Shown here one piece after another: positions 10,253 through 18,172 of a DNA stretch of 64,000 nucleotides. Below the pieces are notes generated by a model, which saw only the letters and a program-made list of their open reading frames with translations, was not told the origin of the DNA and searched no databases. Position numbers and translations under genes: made by a program. Every line of letters starts with the position of its first letter. The first letter of the stretch is position 1. Source of the stretch: Candidatus Poribacteria bacterium (lineage in GTDB: Bacteria; Poribacteria; WGA-4E; JAJDTR01); NCBI GenBank assembly GCA_965222225.1, contig CBDCTK010000002.1:4672001-4736000 (forward strand). The letters run 5' to 3'.

Positions 10253-11224
10253 ATGAAATCAAGAGCCAAATTGAGCGGAGCACTAATAGTTTCGATACTG
10301 TTGCATGCAATTGTTGGCGCAATAGGATTTTACTTTTGGATTGATTCAGGCCCTGCCAATCAGCAAGACTCCATCAGCGCGGTCTTTATGAAGGTTGATA
10401 AGCCGAAACTTAAGCGCAAGACCGCCCCAAAACGAGCGCGCATTCGCAAGAGAACCTCCGACCAAACTAACTCACCTAGACTCAAGGTGCTGACTAGCAA
10501 TGCCCCAGTGACCTCGCGCGGGGTTGTTTCAGCAACAACGCCGACAGAATTTAGCGCAACAGGATCGTTAGACCTCAGTGACGGCATGGGTTTAGACACA
10601 AACAGTGTTGAATTCAATCAGGGTACACCACAGATTGGACGAGTGATCGAGAATTCGGTTGGGCGAATGCCGAACAAAGATGCCCGTCTTAAGAGCCGCC
10701 TAGTCAAATTTATCGAAAGACAAGAAGGGCCTCAACAGATCGCATATTGCGTGGATTTATCGTCTAGTATGCTGGGATTGACGCCACGAAAACTGAAAAA
10801 GATACTGTCTATCATGCAGGATTCGCTCACATTTCTTGAACCTCATGACCGATTCAACATCATCACATTCGGCAGCGAAATTAACTTCCTTCGTGATGAG
10901 TTCATACCTGTAACCGACGATGGGGTTTTGGAAGGAACATCTTACTTCGAGACGCTATCACCCAGAAAAAGTGACACGTATGCCGACAAGGATATGATTG
11001 AGGCAATTCAAGAGATTCAGAAAATACCCCACACCGTTGTTGTTCTATTTAGTGACGGAATCTTGACTTCCGGTGTTCCAGATCCGAATAAGATTCGGCA
11101 AACAGCGGCTGCGAGTGCACGAATCTTTACGATGGGAATCGAAATGCCGGAAGACTTTCCGGGTGCCGTTATGCTTTCCATGCTCGCAGCTGACAGTGAC
11201 GGAGAATTCTGGTTGGTTGACTAA
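10253..11224 (+). CDS. Membrane-anchored VWA-domain protein
   Basis: N-terminal TM SILLHAIVGAIGFYFW, basic linker, MIDAS VDLSSSM, FNIITF, LFSDG. Confidence 0.8.
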   Translation: MKSRAKLSGALIVSILLHAIVGAIGFYFWIDSGPANQQDSISAVFMKVDKPKLKRKTAPKRARIRKRTSDQTNSPRLKVLTSNAPVTSRGVVSATTPTEFSATGSLDLSDGMGLDTNSVEFNQGTPQIGRVIENSVGRMPNKDARLKSRLVKFIERQEGPQQIAYCVDLSSSMLGLTPRKLKKILSIMQDSLTFLEPHDRFNIITFGSEINFLRDEFIPVTDDGVLEGTSYFETLSPRKSDTYADKDMIEAIQEIQKIPHTVVVLFSDGILTSGVPDPNKIRQTAAASARIFTMGIEMPEDFPGAVMLSMLAADSDGEFWLVD

Positions 11225-11439
11225 AAACCGAACTGCTACTTGTCCTTTGATGATTGTATAATCATCCGCCTTCAAAATCCGTCAGACGCCAAATCCTCCT
11301 AGTTCATATTTATCATGCGAACACCGTTCATATCCGCTTGAACGCTTGAACCGAGGATTTCCTTTCTACTGAGCGTCAGCTGCACATTGTATGACTCCAA
11401 TACCGAGTTTCGCGACCGCAGCTATGTGTAAAGTACCGC

Positions 11440-11468
11440 TTGCCTTCTGACACGAGATGCGTTATACT
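11440..11468 (+). promoter_or_regulatory. sigma70-type promoter for the peroxiredoxin gene
   Basis: TTGCCT-N17-TATACT. Confidence 0.5.
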
Positions 11469-11610
11469 TTCAAACGTAGGAGAAAGCCCGCTAAAATGGC
11501 AGTCTACAAACGAGCATACGCACCGTCAGTACAAGTTTCAATAATCTCTAGATGCGCGTTGACATCGCCTACCTACATATGTCGGCACATATTTAATAAG
11601 GAGAGTGAAA

Positions 11611-12270
11611 ATGCCACTAAGAATCAACGGCGAAGCCCCGAACTTTACAGCCAAGACCACTCAAGGCACTATAGATTTTCATGAATGGATTGGGGACGGT
11701 TGGGCAGTGCTGTTTTCCCATCCGAAAGACTTTACCCCGGTTTGCACAACCGAGTTGGGATATATGGCGGGTCTGGCGTCTGAATTCGCAAAGCGTAACT
11801 GCAAGATTATCGGTCTTAGCGTCGACCCCGTGGAAGACCACGTAGAATGGTCAAAGGACATTGAAGAAACACAAGGACACGCCGTCACCTATCCAATGAT
11901 TGGGGACACGGATTTGGCAGTAGCTAAACTGTATAATATGTTACCTGCCGATGAACCTGGGACATCAGAAGGACGCACGGCTGTCAACAATGCGACGGTG
12001 CGCTCCGTATTTGTGATTGGCCCGGACAAAACAATCAAACTCATGCTGACGTATCCAATGACCACCGGGCGTAACTTTGACGAAATCCTCCGTGTCCTTG
12101 ACTCAATGCAGTTAACGGCGAATCGTAAAGTTGCAACGCCGGCGAACTGGGAAATGGGTGACGATGTGATTATCGTGCCGGCTGTATCCGACGAGGAAGC
12201 AAAGGAAGTATATCCCGATGGGTGGAAGACTGTTAAGCCTTATTTGCGTATGGTTTCTCAACCTGATTAG
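11611..12270 (+). CDS. 1-Cys peroxiredoxin (Prx6 type)
   Basis: FSHPKDFTPVCTTE, YPMTTGRNFDEILR, ATPANW; RBS AAGGAG before ATG 11611. Confidence 0.95.
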   Translation: MPLRINGEAPNFTAKTTQGTIDFHEWIGDGWAVLFSHPKDFTPVCTTELGYMAGLASEFAKRNCKIIGLSVDPVEDHVEWSKDIEETQGHAVTYPMIGDTDLAVAKLYNMLPADEPGTSEGRTAVNNATVRSVFVIGPDKTIKLMLTYPMTTGRNFDEILRVLDSMQLTANRKVATPANWEMGDDVIIVPAVSDEEAKEVYPDGWKTVKPYLRMVSQPD

Positions 12271-12357
12271 ACAAACCAGCTAATACGCTTTCTTGCGAAT
12301 TGAATGTGTTTCAATTGCGTCGGACCATACGCTAAAACTTGTCCATGGGTTAGTCAA

Positions 12358-12391
12358 GAAAAGGGGACGAAGAGTTGATTGTCCTCTTTTC
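12358..12391 (+). terminator. Hairpin, possible terminator after the peroxiredoxin gene
   Basis: GAAAAGGGGAC-N12-GTCCTCTTTTC, 11-bp stem with one G-U pair. Confidence 0.35.
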
Positions 12392-12478
12392 GCCTAGCCG
12401 ATGATTTAGCTCATCCTCAATGCCAAGTTTTGCACCGAAATTCTTGATGTTTCAATTTAAGGCAAAGCTTTTTATTGC

Positions 12479-13321
12479 ATGCACTATCTCACCCGCCAAG
12501 TAGCATTCGAGGCCTCACACGCTCTTCGCATCCCCGAACTTAGCGATAAAGAAAATTACGAGTTGTTTGGCCCCGCCGCCAACGACCATGGCCACAACTA
12601 TGTTGTGGAAGTGACGATCAAGGGAATGGTTTCTGACAATGATGGGATGGTCATCAATCTCGCGGATCTTGACCAACTCCTTAGGGATAAGGTTCTCACT
12701 CATTACGATCATAAATATATAAACCTCCAACATCCGGTATTTGCAAACGATTCGCATCTACAACCTACTGCCGAAAACATAGCAATTGAGGTATGGAACA
12801 CGTTTGAGTCACGTTCACAATCGACTAACTTGCACCGCGTTCGAATCTACGAAGATACGGCTCTGTTTGCCGACTATTTTGGAGAGAAACGGATGGTTTA
12901 TCTCACCAAAGTTTATGAATTTAGCGCATCGCATCGTTTACACAGCCAACTCCTGAGTGATGACGAGAATCGGAAAACATTTGGCAAGTGTAACAATCCA
13001 CATGGGCATGGCCACAACTATGTTCTTGAGGTCATGATTAAGGGAGAGGCTCACCCCAAAACAGGAATGGTTGTTGACTCCGGATTCCTTGATGAATTTG
13101 TTAAAAAACAGATTCATGCGCGATTCGACCATAGACATCTGAACCTTGACACACCCGAATTCGAGGCTCTTAATCCAACCTCCGAGAACTTTGTGAAGGT
13201 GATTTGGAATCTTCTTGAAGAACCCTTAAAACCCATTATCTTGCATAGGCTTCGATTGAAAGAAACGCCTAGGAATCATTTTGACTATTACGGCGAATCG
13301 CCAGAGGTTGATTGTCCATGA
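12479..13321 (+). CDS. Dual-domain 6-pyruvoyl-tetrahydropterin synthase (PTPS-II-like)
   Basis: Two tandem T-fold domains: FEASH...AANDHGHNY...TAEN and FSASH...[13 protein letters not shown]...TSEN...ET. Confidence 0.88.
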   Translation: MHYLTRQVAFEASHALRIPELSDKENYELFGPAANDHGHNYVVEVTIKGMVSDNDGMVINLADLDQLLRDKVLTHYDHKYINLQHPVFANDSHLQPTAENIAIEVWNTFESRSQSTNLHRVRIYEDTALFADYFGEKRMVYLTKVYEFSASHRLHSQLLSDDENRKTFGKCNNPHGHGHNYVLEVMIKGEAHPKTGMVVDSGFLDEFVKKQIHARFDHRHLNLDTPEFEALNPTSENFVKVIWNLLEEPLKPIILHRLRLKETPRNHFDYYGESPEVDCP

Positions 13322-14013
13322 ATGATACTACAGAAACAGAATTCACGTCGGAACCTGAAGCCCTTGATGCTAAGGAGGCTGCGTCACAAGCCGCCGAACA
13401 TCGGGCAATGCACCACCCGTATGCCAGCGCATCGGTCGAAGATGAATTCGCTTTGGCGAATCCCCAACTGGAAAACATTTACGCAAATATCTTGATGCAG
13501 ATCGGCGAGGATCCCTCGCGAGGTGGGCTCATCAGAACTCCCCGTCGCGCATCTACGGCACTTTCCTTTCTGACCCAGGGGTATCATCAAGATTTTAAGG
13601 AGATTTTGAATGGCGCCATTTTCAATGAAGACTACGACGACATGGTCATCGTAAAAAACATTGAGTTCTACAGTTTGTGCGAACACCATATACTTCCGTT
13701 TTTTGGCAACTGCCATGTGGGCTATATCCCCAGCGGAAAGATTATCGGTCTAAGCAAAATACCTCGAATTGTGGATATGTTTGCTCGCCGGTTGCAGGTA
13801 CAAGAACGTTTGACTGACCAGATTGCCAAGACGTTAGATGAAGCACTTCAACCGCTCGGAGTTGCAGTAGTCATTGAGGCGCAACATATGTGTATGATGA
13901 TTCGTGGTGTCGAGAAACAGAATTCCAAGACAATAACAAACGTTATGTTAGGGGCATTCAGAGATAAAGATTCAACACGGTCAGAATTTATGCAAAGCTG
14001 CCAGTCGACATGA
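13318..14013 (+). CDS. folE: GTP cyclohydrolase I
   Basis: [32 protein letters not shown]; ATGA overlap with the PTPS stop. Confidence 0.96.
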   Translation: MNDTTETEFTSEPEALDAKEAASQAAEHRAMHHPYASASVEDEFALANPQLENIYANILMQIGEDPSRGGLIRTPRRASTALSFLTQGYHQDFKEILNGAIFNEDYDDMVIVKNIEFYSLCEHHILPFFGNCHVGYIPSGKIIGLSKIPRIVDMFARRLQVQERLTDQIAKTLDEALQPLGVAVVIEAQHMCMMIRGVEKQNSKTITNVMLGAFRDKDSTRSEFMQSCQST

Positions 14014-14164
14014 ATTCTAGCCGAAATCCTTGAGGCGAACTCGTACCCCTTAATATTGCGCCGAATACGGTATCGCGATGAATTCAACTACGCGAAGATG
14101 GGCTGGCGAACACACTTGATTTCACGAATCATGACGCGTAGTATGCGCGGCAAGTCGATCGTCC

Positions 14165-14890
14165 ATGGATGAACAGACACTAAAGAATCAAGTTGCAATT
14201 GTTACCGGCGCATCCCGCGGTATTGGTGCCGAGACCGCGATTGCATTTGGCAAAGTTGGGGCGAAAGTTATATTGGCTGCACGGACAAAGCCTGATGTAG
14301 AAGCGATTGCTCACCGCATCCGCGAGAATGGGGGTGAGGCGCTGGCAGTGACTGTTGATGTTACTCAGTCAAAACAGGTTGAGCGGTTAATACACTCAGC
14401 TGTCGAACGTTACGGTCAAATTGATATTTTGGTGAATAATGCCGGGCAGGGTAAGTTTGGGAAGGTTATGGAGTTCGAGTTGGCTAGCTGGGACACCGTG
14501 ATTGAGTCAAATCTCACTAGTCTCTTTCTCTGCTCGAAATGTGTTCTTGGACCGATGCTCAGCCGCAAATCCGGGCAAATTATCAATGTTTTGTCCGTGG
14601 CTGCAAAAATCACCTTTAGCGCTGCAGGTGCTTATTGTGCGGCTAAAGCAGGTGCCTTGGCTTTGACTAGAGTCTTATCGGAAGAAGTGCGCGGGGAAAA
14701 CATCCGGGTGACAGCAGTGTTACCGGGAGCCACTCACACGTCGTTTTGGGACGGGATGGATCAACATCCGGATTTCGACCAGATGTTGAAGCCAACGCAC
14801 ATAGCAGCGGCAATTCTGTCAGTTGCGAAGCAACCCTTGGGTATGGTTATCGAGGAAATAAAAGTAACGCCACCGCTCGGCATCTTGTAA
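14165..14890 (+). CDS. SDR oxidoreductase, probable sepiapterin reductase (Chlorobium type)
   Basis: TGASRGIG, AART, NNAG, S...YCAAK; segments resemble the C. tepidum sepiapterin reductase as I recall it; follows PTPS-folE. Confidence 0.7.
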   Translation: MDEQTLKNQVAIVTGASRGIGAETAIAFGKVGAKVILAARTKPDVEAIAHRIRENGGEALAVTVDVTQSKQVERLIHSAVERYGQIDILVNNAGQGKFGKVMEFELASWDTVIESNLTSLFLCSKCVLGPMLSRKSGQIINVLSVAAKITFSAAGAYCAAKAGALALTRVLSEEVRGENIRVTAVLPGATHTSFWDGMDQHPDFDQMLKPTHIAAAILSVAKQPLGMVIEEIKVTPPLGIL

Positions 14891-14930
14891 TTATGGCCGT
14901 TTGTGCGCTGAGCACAACTTGCCCTAAACC

Positions 14931-16355
14931 TTATCTCTGGGATTCAGATTTCCCGAAGTTTCCCGCTTTGCAGCGTATCCGAACTTTCCGGATGCGACGT
15001 GAGTCAGCGTCCGAAATCGTGATAACCAAATCATCCGATTCGATTTTGACACCCGGTTTTGGAATGCTCCCCGTTCGATCAAGAATGTAACCCGCTACGG
15101 TCTCGTAATCTCCTGGCGGGATTGGCACCCCATACTGGTCCGACAGAACACCAATTTCTGTTCGCCCATCGCATTCCAATAGACGCGGGCTAATCACGTG
15201 GAGAATCTCGGGTTCGTCCCGTTGGTCGCGTTCATCGAACATTTCGCCTACGATTTCCTCGACCAAATCTTCCACGGTGCTTAATCCCACAATCCCTCCA
15301 TATTCATCCACGACGAACACCATAGTATGATGGCTCTGCTGAATTTCCTTAAGAAGGACATTTGTAGGCTTTGATGCCGGAACAAATTGGAGATCGGGTC
15401 GAATAAACGATTCAAGTTTTTGGGAGTTGTCATTCGAATAAATAACGTCGAGCAGGTGAACAATCCCGATAATGTTGTTGACTTGATCTTCATAAACGGG
15501 TATACGAGAAAAGCCCGCTTCTGCCGCGATTTTCAAGAAGGTGTCAACGTCTATGTCTTTATCAACGGCAACAATGTCAACCAAAGGTACCATTACCTGC
15601 TCCACAGTGCGATTGTGAAGATTGAGAACACTGTGAATCATTCGTCGTTGGTCTTCCAAGATTCCACCGGATTGTTCTCCCATCGATGCTAACAGTCGCA
15701 ATTCGTCACGTTGGGCATCGGGTGAAGCCGGAGCCGTTTGTCTTTCCCCCATTCGGACAAGGAAGCTAGTCAGGTACGTTATCCCATTAACGATTGGACG
15801 TAAGATGATATTGGACATTCTCAACGGAACTGCATAGCGTAGCGCGAGGGAGTTGGCTTTCACCCGAGAAATTGTCTTCGGTAGAAGTTCGCCGAATACC
15901 AAGATTATCGCGGTGGTAATTAAGGTTGCCGCTGCCTGTTCGTTTGTCCGCAATTTCGTTACTACTGTCTGGGTTATTGTAGACATCTGCAGCAGTGCAA
16001 TTACAAATAACAACCCCATCTGAGATGCCAATACATTCGCGATATTAGTGCCGACCAACGTCATCCCAAGAGTCTTCTCAGGTGTATCAACCAGTTTCTT
16101 CACAATCTGGGCTCTCTTATTCCCCTGTTCGGCGAGCTGATATATCTTAAGTCTATCAAGAGAAACTGTCGCCGTCTCTGAACCCGAATAGAAAGCTGAT
16201 AGAACAACAAAAAATATCAGACCACCCAAGAGAAAAACGAATCGGAGGAGGTTATTTTCCAATGCCGCCTCTAGCCCGCCAGGACCAGTCGCGCCAGCCA
16301 GAAATAAGCAACAAACCAAGATGAAGGCAATTCTAAAAATATTAACTCGACTCAT
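14931..16355 (-). CDS. CNNM/CorC-HlyC (DUF21 + CBS pair) Mg2+/Co2+ transport family protein
   Basis: SAFYSGSETA, LVGTN, FGELLPK, FSRIPVY, VDEYGG, EDLVEEIVGE. Confidence 0.92.
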   Translation of the reverse strand: MSRVNIFRIAFILVCCLFLAGATGPGGLEAALENNLLRFVFLLGGLIFFVVLSAFYSGSETATVSLDRLKIYQLAEQGNKRAQIVKKLVDTPEKTLGMTLVGTNIANVLASQMGLLFVIALLQMSTITQTVVTKLRTNEQAAATLITTAIILVFGELLPKTISRVKANSLALRYAVPLRMSNIILRPIVNGITYLTSFLVRMGERQTAPASPDAQRDELRLLASMGEQSGGILEDQRRMIHSVLNLHNRTVEQVMVPLVDIVAVDKDIDVDTFLKIAAEAGFSRIPVYEDQVNNIIGIVHLLDVIYSNDNSQKLESFIRPDLQFVPASKPTNVLLKEIQQSHHTMVFVVDEYGGIVGLSTVEDLVEEIVGEMFDERDQRDEPEILHVISPRLLECDGRTEIGVLSDQYGVPIPPGDYETVAGYILDRTGSIPKPGVKIESDDLVITISDADSRRIRKVRIRCKAGNFGKSESQR

Positions 16356-16464
16356 AGTAGTAACATCTTCGGTGCGGCCAATTCACTCTCTGTGCAAGGA
16401 CTCTTGAAATCGAATCGTCATAGATATGACAAACGCCGATATTGCGTTGGCGTTAATGTTCCGC

Positions 16465-17853
16465 CTACTCGGTGGTTTCTAAAACAGGTTCAGTTTGTTG
16501 TGGTAGCGTCATAATTACAACACCAACGAAGTTTCCTTCCATCGCGGCAATCTCAAATTGGATACCGTTTTCATCCTGCTCAGACTCTCCAACCGCCGGC
16601 ACACGACCAAAAAGAGCAAGAACATATCCTCCAATGGTGTCGGCGATGTCTTCGTCAAGCGTTAGTCGCAATTGTTGGTTTGTAGACTTTACGCTGACTC
16701 TGCCGGAAACCTCAATGAGCGAAGGGTCGTCCGGACTTGAGATTATGTTAGGAGACTTTAGCGCGGTGTCATGTTCATCGACAATGTCGCCAACCAACTG
16801 TTCGAGGATGTCTTCGATTGTGGCAATACCAGAAACACCGCCGTATTCATCCAAAAGGATTGCCATTTTCGTCTTCTGCCGCGTAAGCTCCAGCAGAAGA
16901 TCGGCGAGTTTCATCGTTTCAAGAACAAAAACGGGTTGACGTACAAGTGTGTTTTCTACCTCAGAACCTGCGAGAAGATGACGTCGGATGAGGAATGTCT
17001 CTAAAGTCATCCTCCGGATGTCCACACGCCGCCACAGGGGTATGTCCTTGACCTGAAAAACTCCGCATACGTCGTCTATCTGCTTCCGGTAGACCGGGAT
17101 TCGGGAGAATCCAAACTCTTGGGCTTTCGCCAACGCTTCTTGGATTGTCGCCGAGATCTCAAGTGCAATCATCTCTGTTCGCGGCTCCATAATTTCTTTA
17201 GCTTCGATTGCCCGCAATTCAAGGACATTGCTAAGGATTGTCCGTTCATCAGCTTGTAGTCCCTTGACATGGTCCATGTCAAGAATGGTCTTGAAGTCGC
17301 CAGTGGTCAAGCGTTCTGTTTTTGGGGTATGGCTAGCGCCAAACAAAGGCGTTAAGAAATCGACGATAATGCGCAGAAAAGCGCGCAAGGGTGAGATCAC
17401 TATGGACAAACTCCATAGTGGTCGCGCGATGATGCGGGCAAAGAACTCCGGATGTCTGATGGCGTGAGTTTTGGGAACAATCTCTCCGAAAATCAATAAT
17501 GGTGGGACAATCAATACCGTGCCAACAATAAACTCAGCTACATGTTGAAGGGTGTGATTGTTGAGTTTCTGGAGGTGTTCAAAAAACGGCAAATCACGAA
17601 TTAGCCAATAAGCTATCGTTGCAAACGCTACATTGACAAGAGTGTTGCCGAGTAAGAGAGTGATGAATAAGCGGCGGGGATTATCGACGAAATTGACAAT
17701 AGCAATGCTATTCTTCCTCTTTTCGGTCCGAAGACGTTCTACCTGAACTTTCGTCAGTGCGCATAAAGCGGTCTCTGACCCCGAGAAAAAGCCGGAAAGA
17801 AAAAGAAGCAGCCCCAATCCTATCAACTGGGGCAAGGGTTGGTCAATTTCCAT
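16465..17853 (-). CDS. CNNM/CorC-HlyC family protein (second paralog)
   Basis: SGFFSGSETA, LLGN, FGEIVPK, FSRIPVY, LDEYGG, EDILEQLVGD. Confidence 0.92.
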   Translation of the reverse strand: MEIDQPLPQLIGLGLLLFLSGFFSGSETALCALTKVQVERLRTEKRKNSIAIVNFVDNPRRLFITLLLGNTLVNVAFATIAYWLIRDLPFFEHLQKLNNHTLQHVAEFIVGTVLIVPPLLIFGEIVPKTHAIRHPEFFARIIARPLWSLSIVISPLRAFLRIIVDFLTPLFGASHTPKTERLTTGDFKTILDMDHVKGLQADERTILSNVLELRAIEAKEIMEPRTEMIALEISATIQEALAKAQEFGFSRIPVYRKQIDDVCGVFQVKDIPLWRRVDIRRMTLETFLIRRHLLAGSEVENTLVRQPVFVLETMKLADLLLELTRQKTKMAILLDEYGGVSGIATIEDILEQLVGDIVDEHDTALKSPNIISSPDDPSLIEVSGRVSVKSTNQQLRLTLDEDIADTIGGYVLALFGRVPAVGESEQDENGIQFEIAAMEGNFVGVVIMTLPQQTEPVLETTE

Positions 17854-17867
17854 GTTTGATGGATGTC

Positions 17868-18032
17868 AAAAATGGGCCGGCATATAGAAATGCCGATGAT
17901 TTGCACGTTCCATGCGGCAGGAATCCCGCGTGCGTCTTAGCGGAGGACAATCGGGTGCTTGAGGACGCGAATACACGACGTATTCAAACTTGTGAATCCC
18001 CAGAGGCACACCCCTCGATTTCGGCAAATCCG
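17868..18032 (-). ncRNA. Candidate structured 5' leader (riboswitch-like) or small RNA
   Basis: Lies between a clear promoter and the CNNM ATG; several nested complementary segments, ending in hairpin CGGCAT-N6-ATGCCG followed shortly by TTTTT; matches no family I recognise. Confidence 0.4.
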
Positions 18033-18037
18033 CGCTA

Positions 18038-18066
18038 ATTGTAGCACATCGCCCTGCCAATAACAA
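18038..18066 (-). promoter_or_regulatory. sigma70-type promoter for the CNNM operon and leader
   Basis: Minus strand TTGTTA-N17-TACAAT with extended -10 TG. Confidence 0.6.
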
Positions 18067-18087
18067 CAATAATTCGATTATTTAGCA

Positions 18088-18116
18088 TTGACAGTAAAGT
18101 AATTTTGTGTTACCCT
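18088..18116 (+). promoter_or_regulatory. Divergent sigma70-type promoter for the kinase gene
   Basis: TTGACA-N17-TACCCT with extended -10 TG. Confidence 0.5.
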
Positions 18117-18172
18117 CTCCTTCGCACGAGAAGAAAATCCGAGTGCATTCAGTCGGACGAGGAGATATAACT

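Noticed and set aside
11611-12270. Selenocysteine recoding in the peroxiredoxin or other TGA-ending genes
   Set aside because: The active site is Cys (PVCTTE), and the TGA codons fall at expected C-termini
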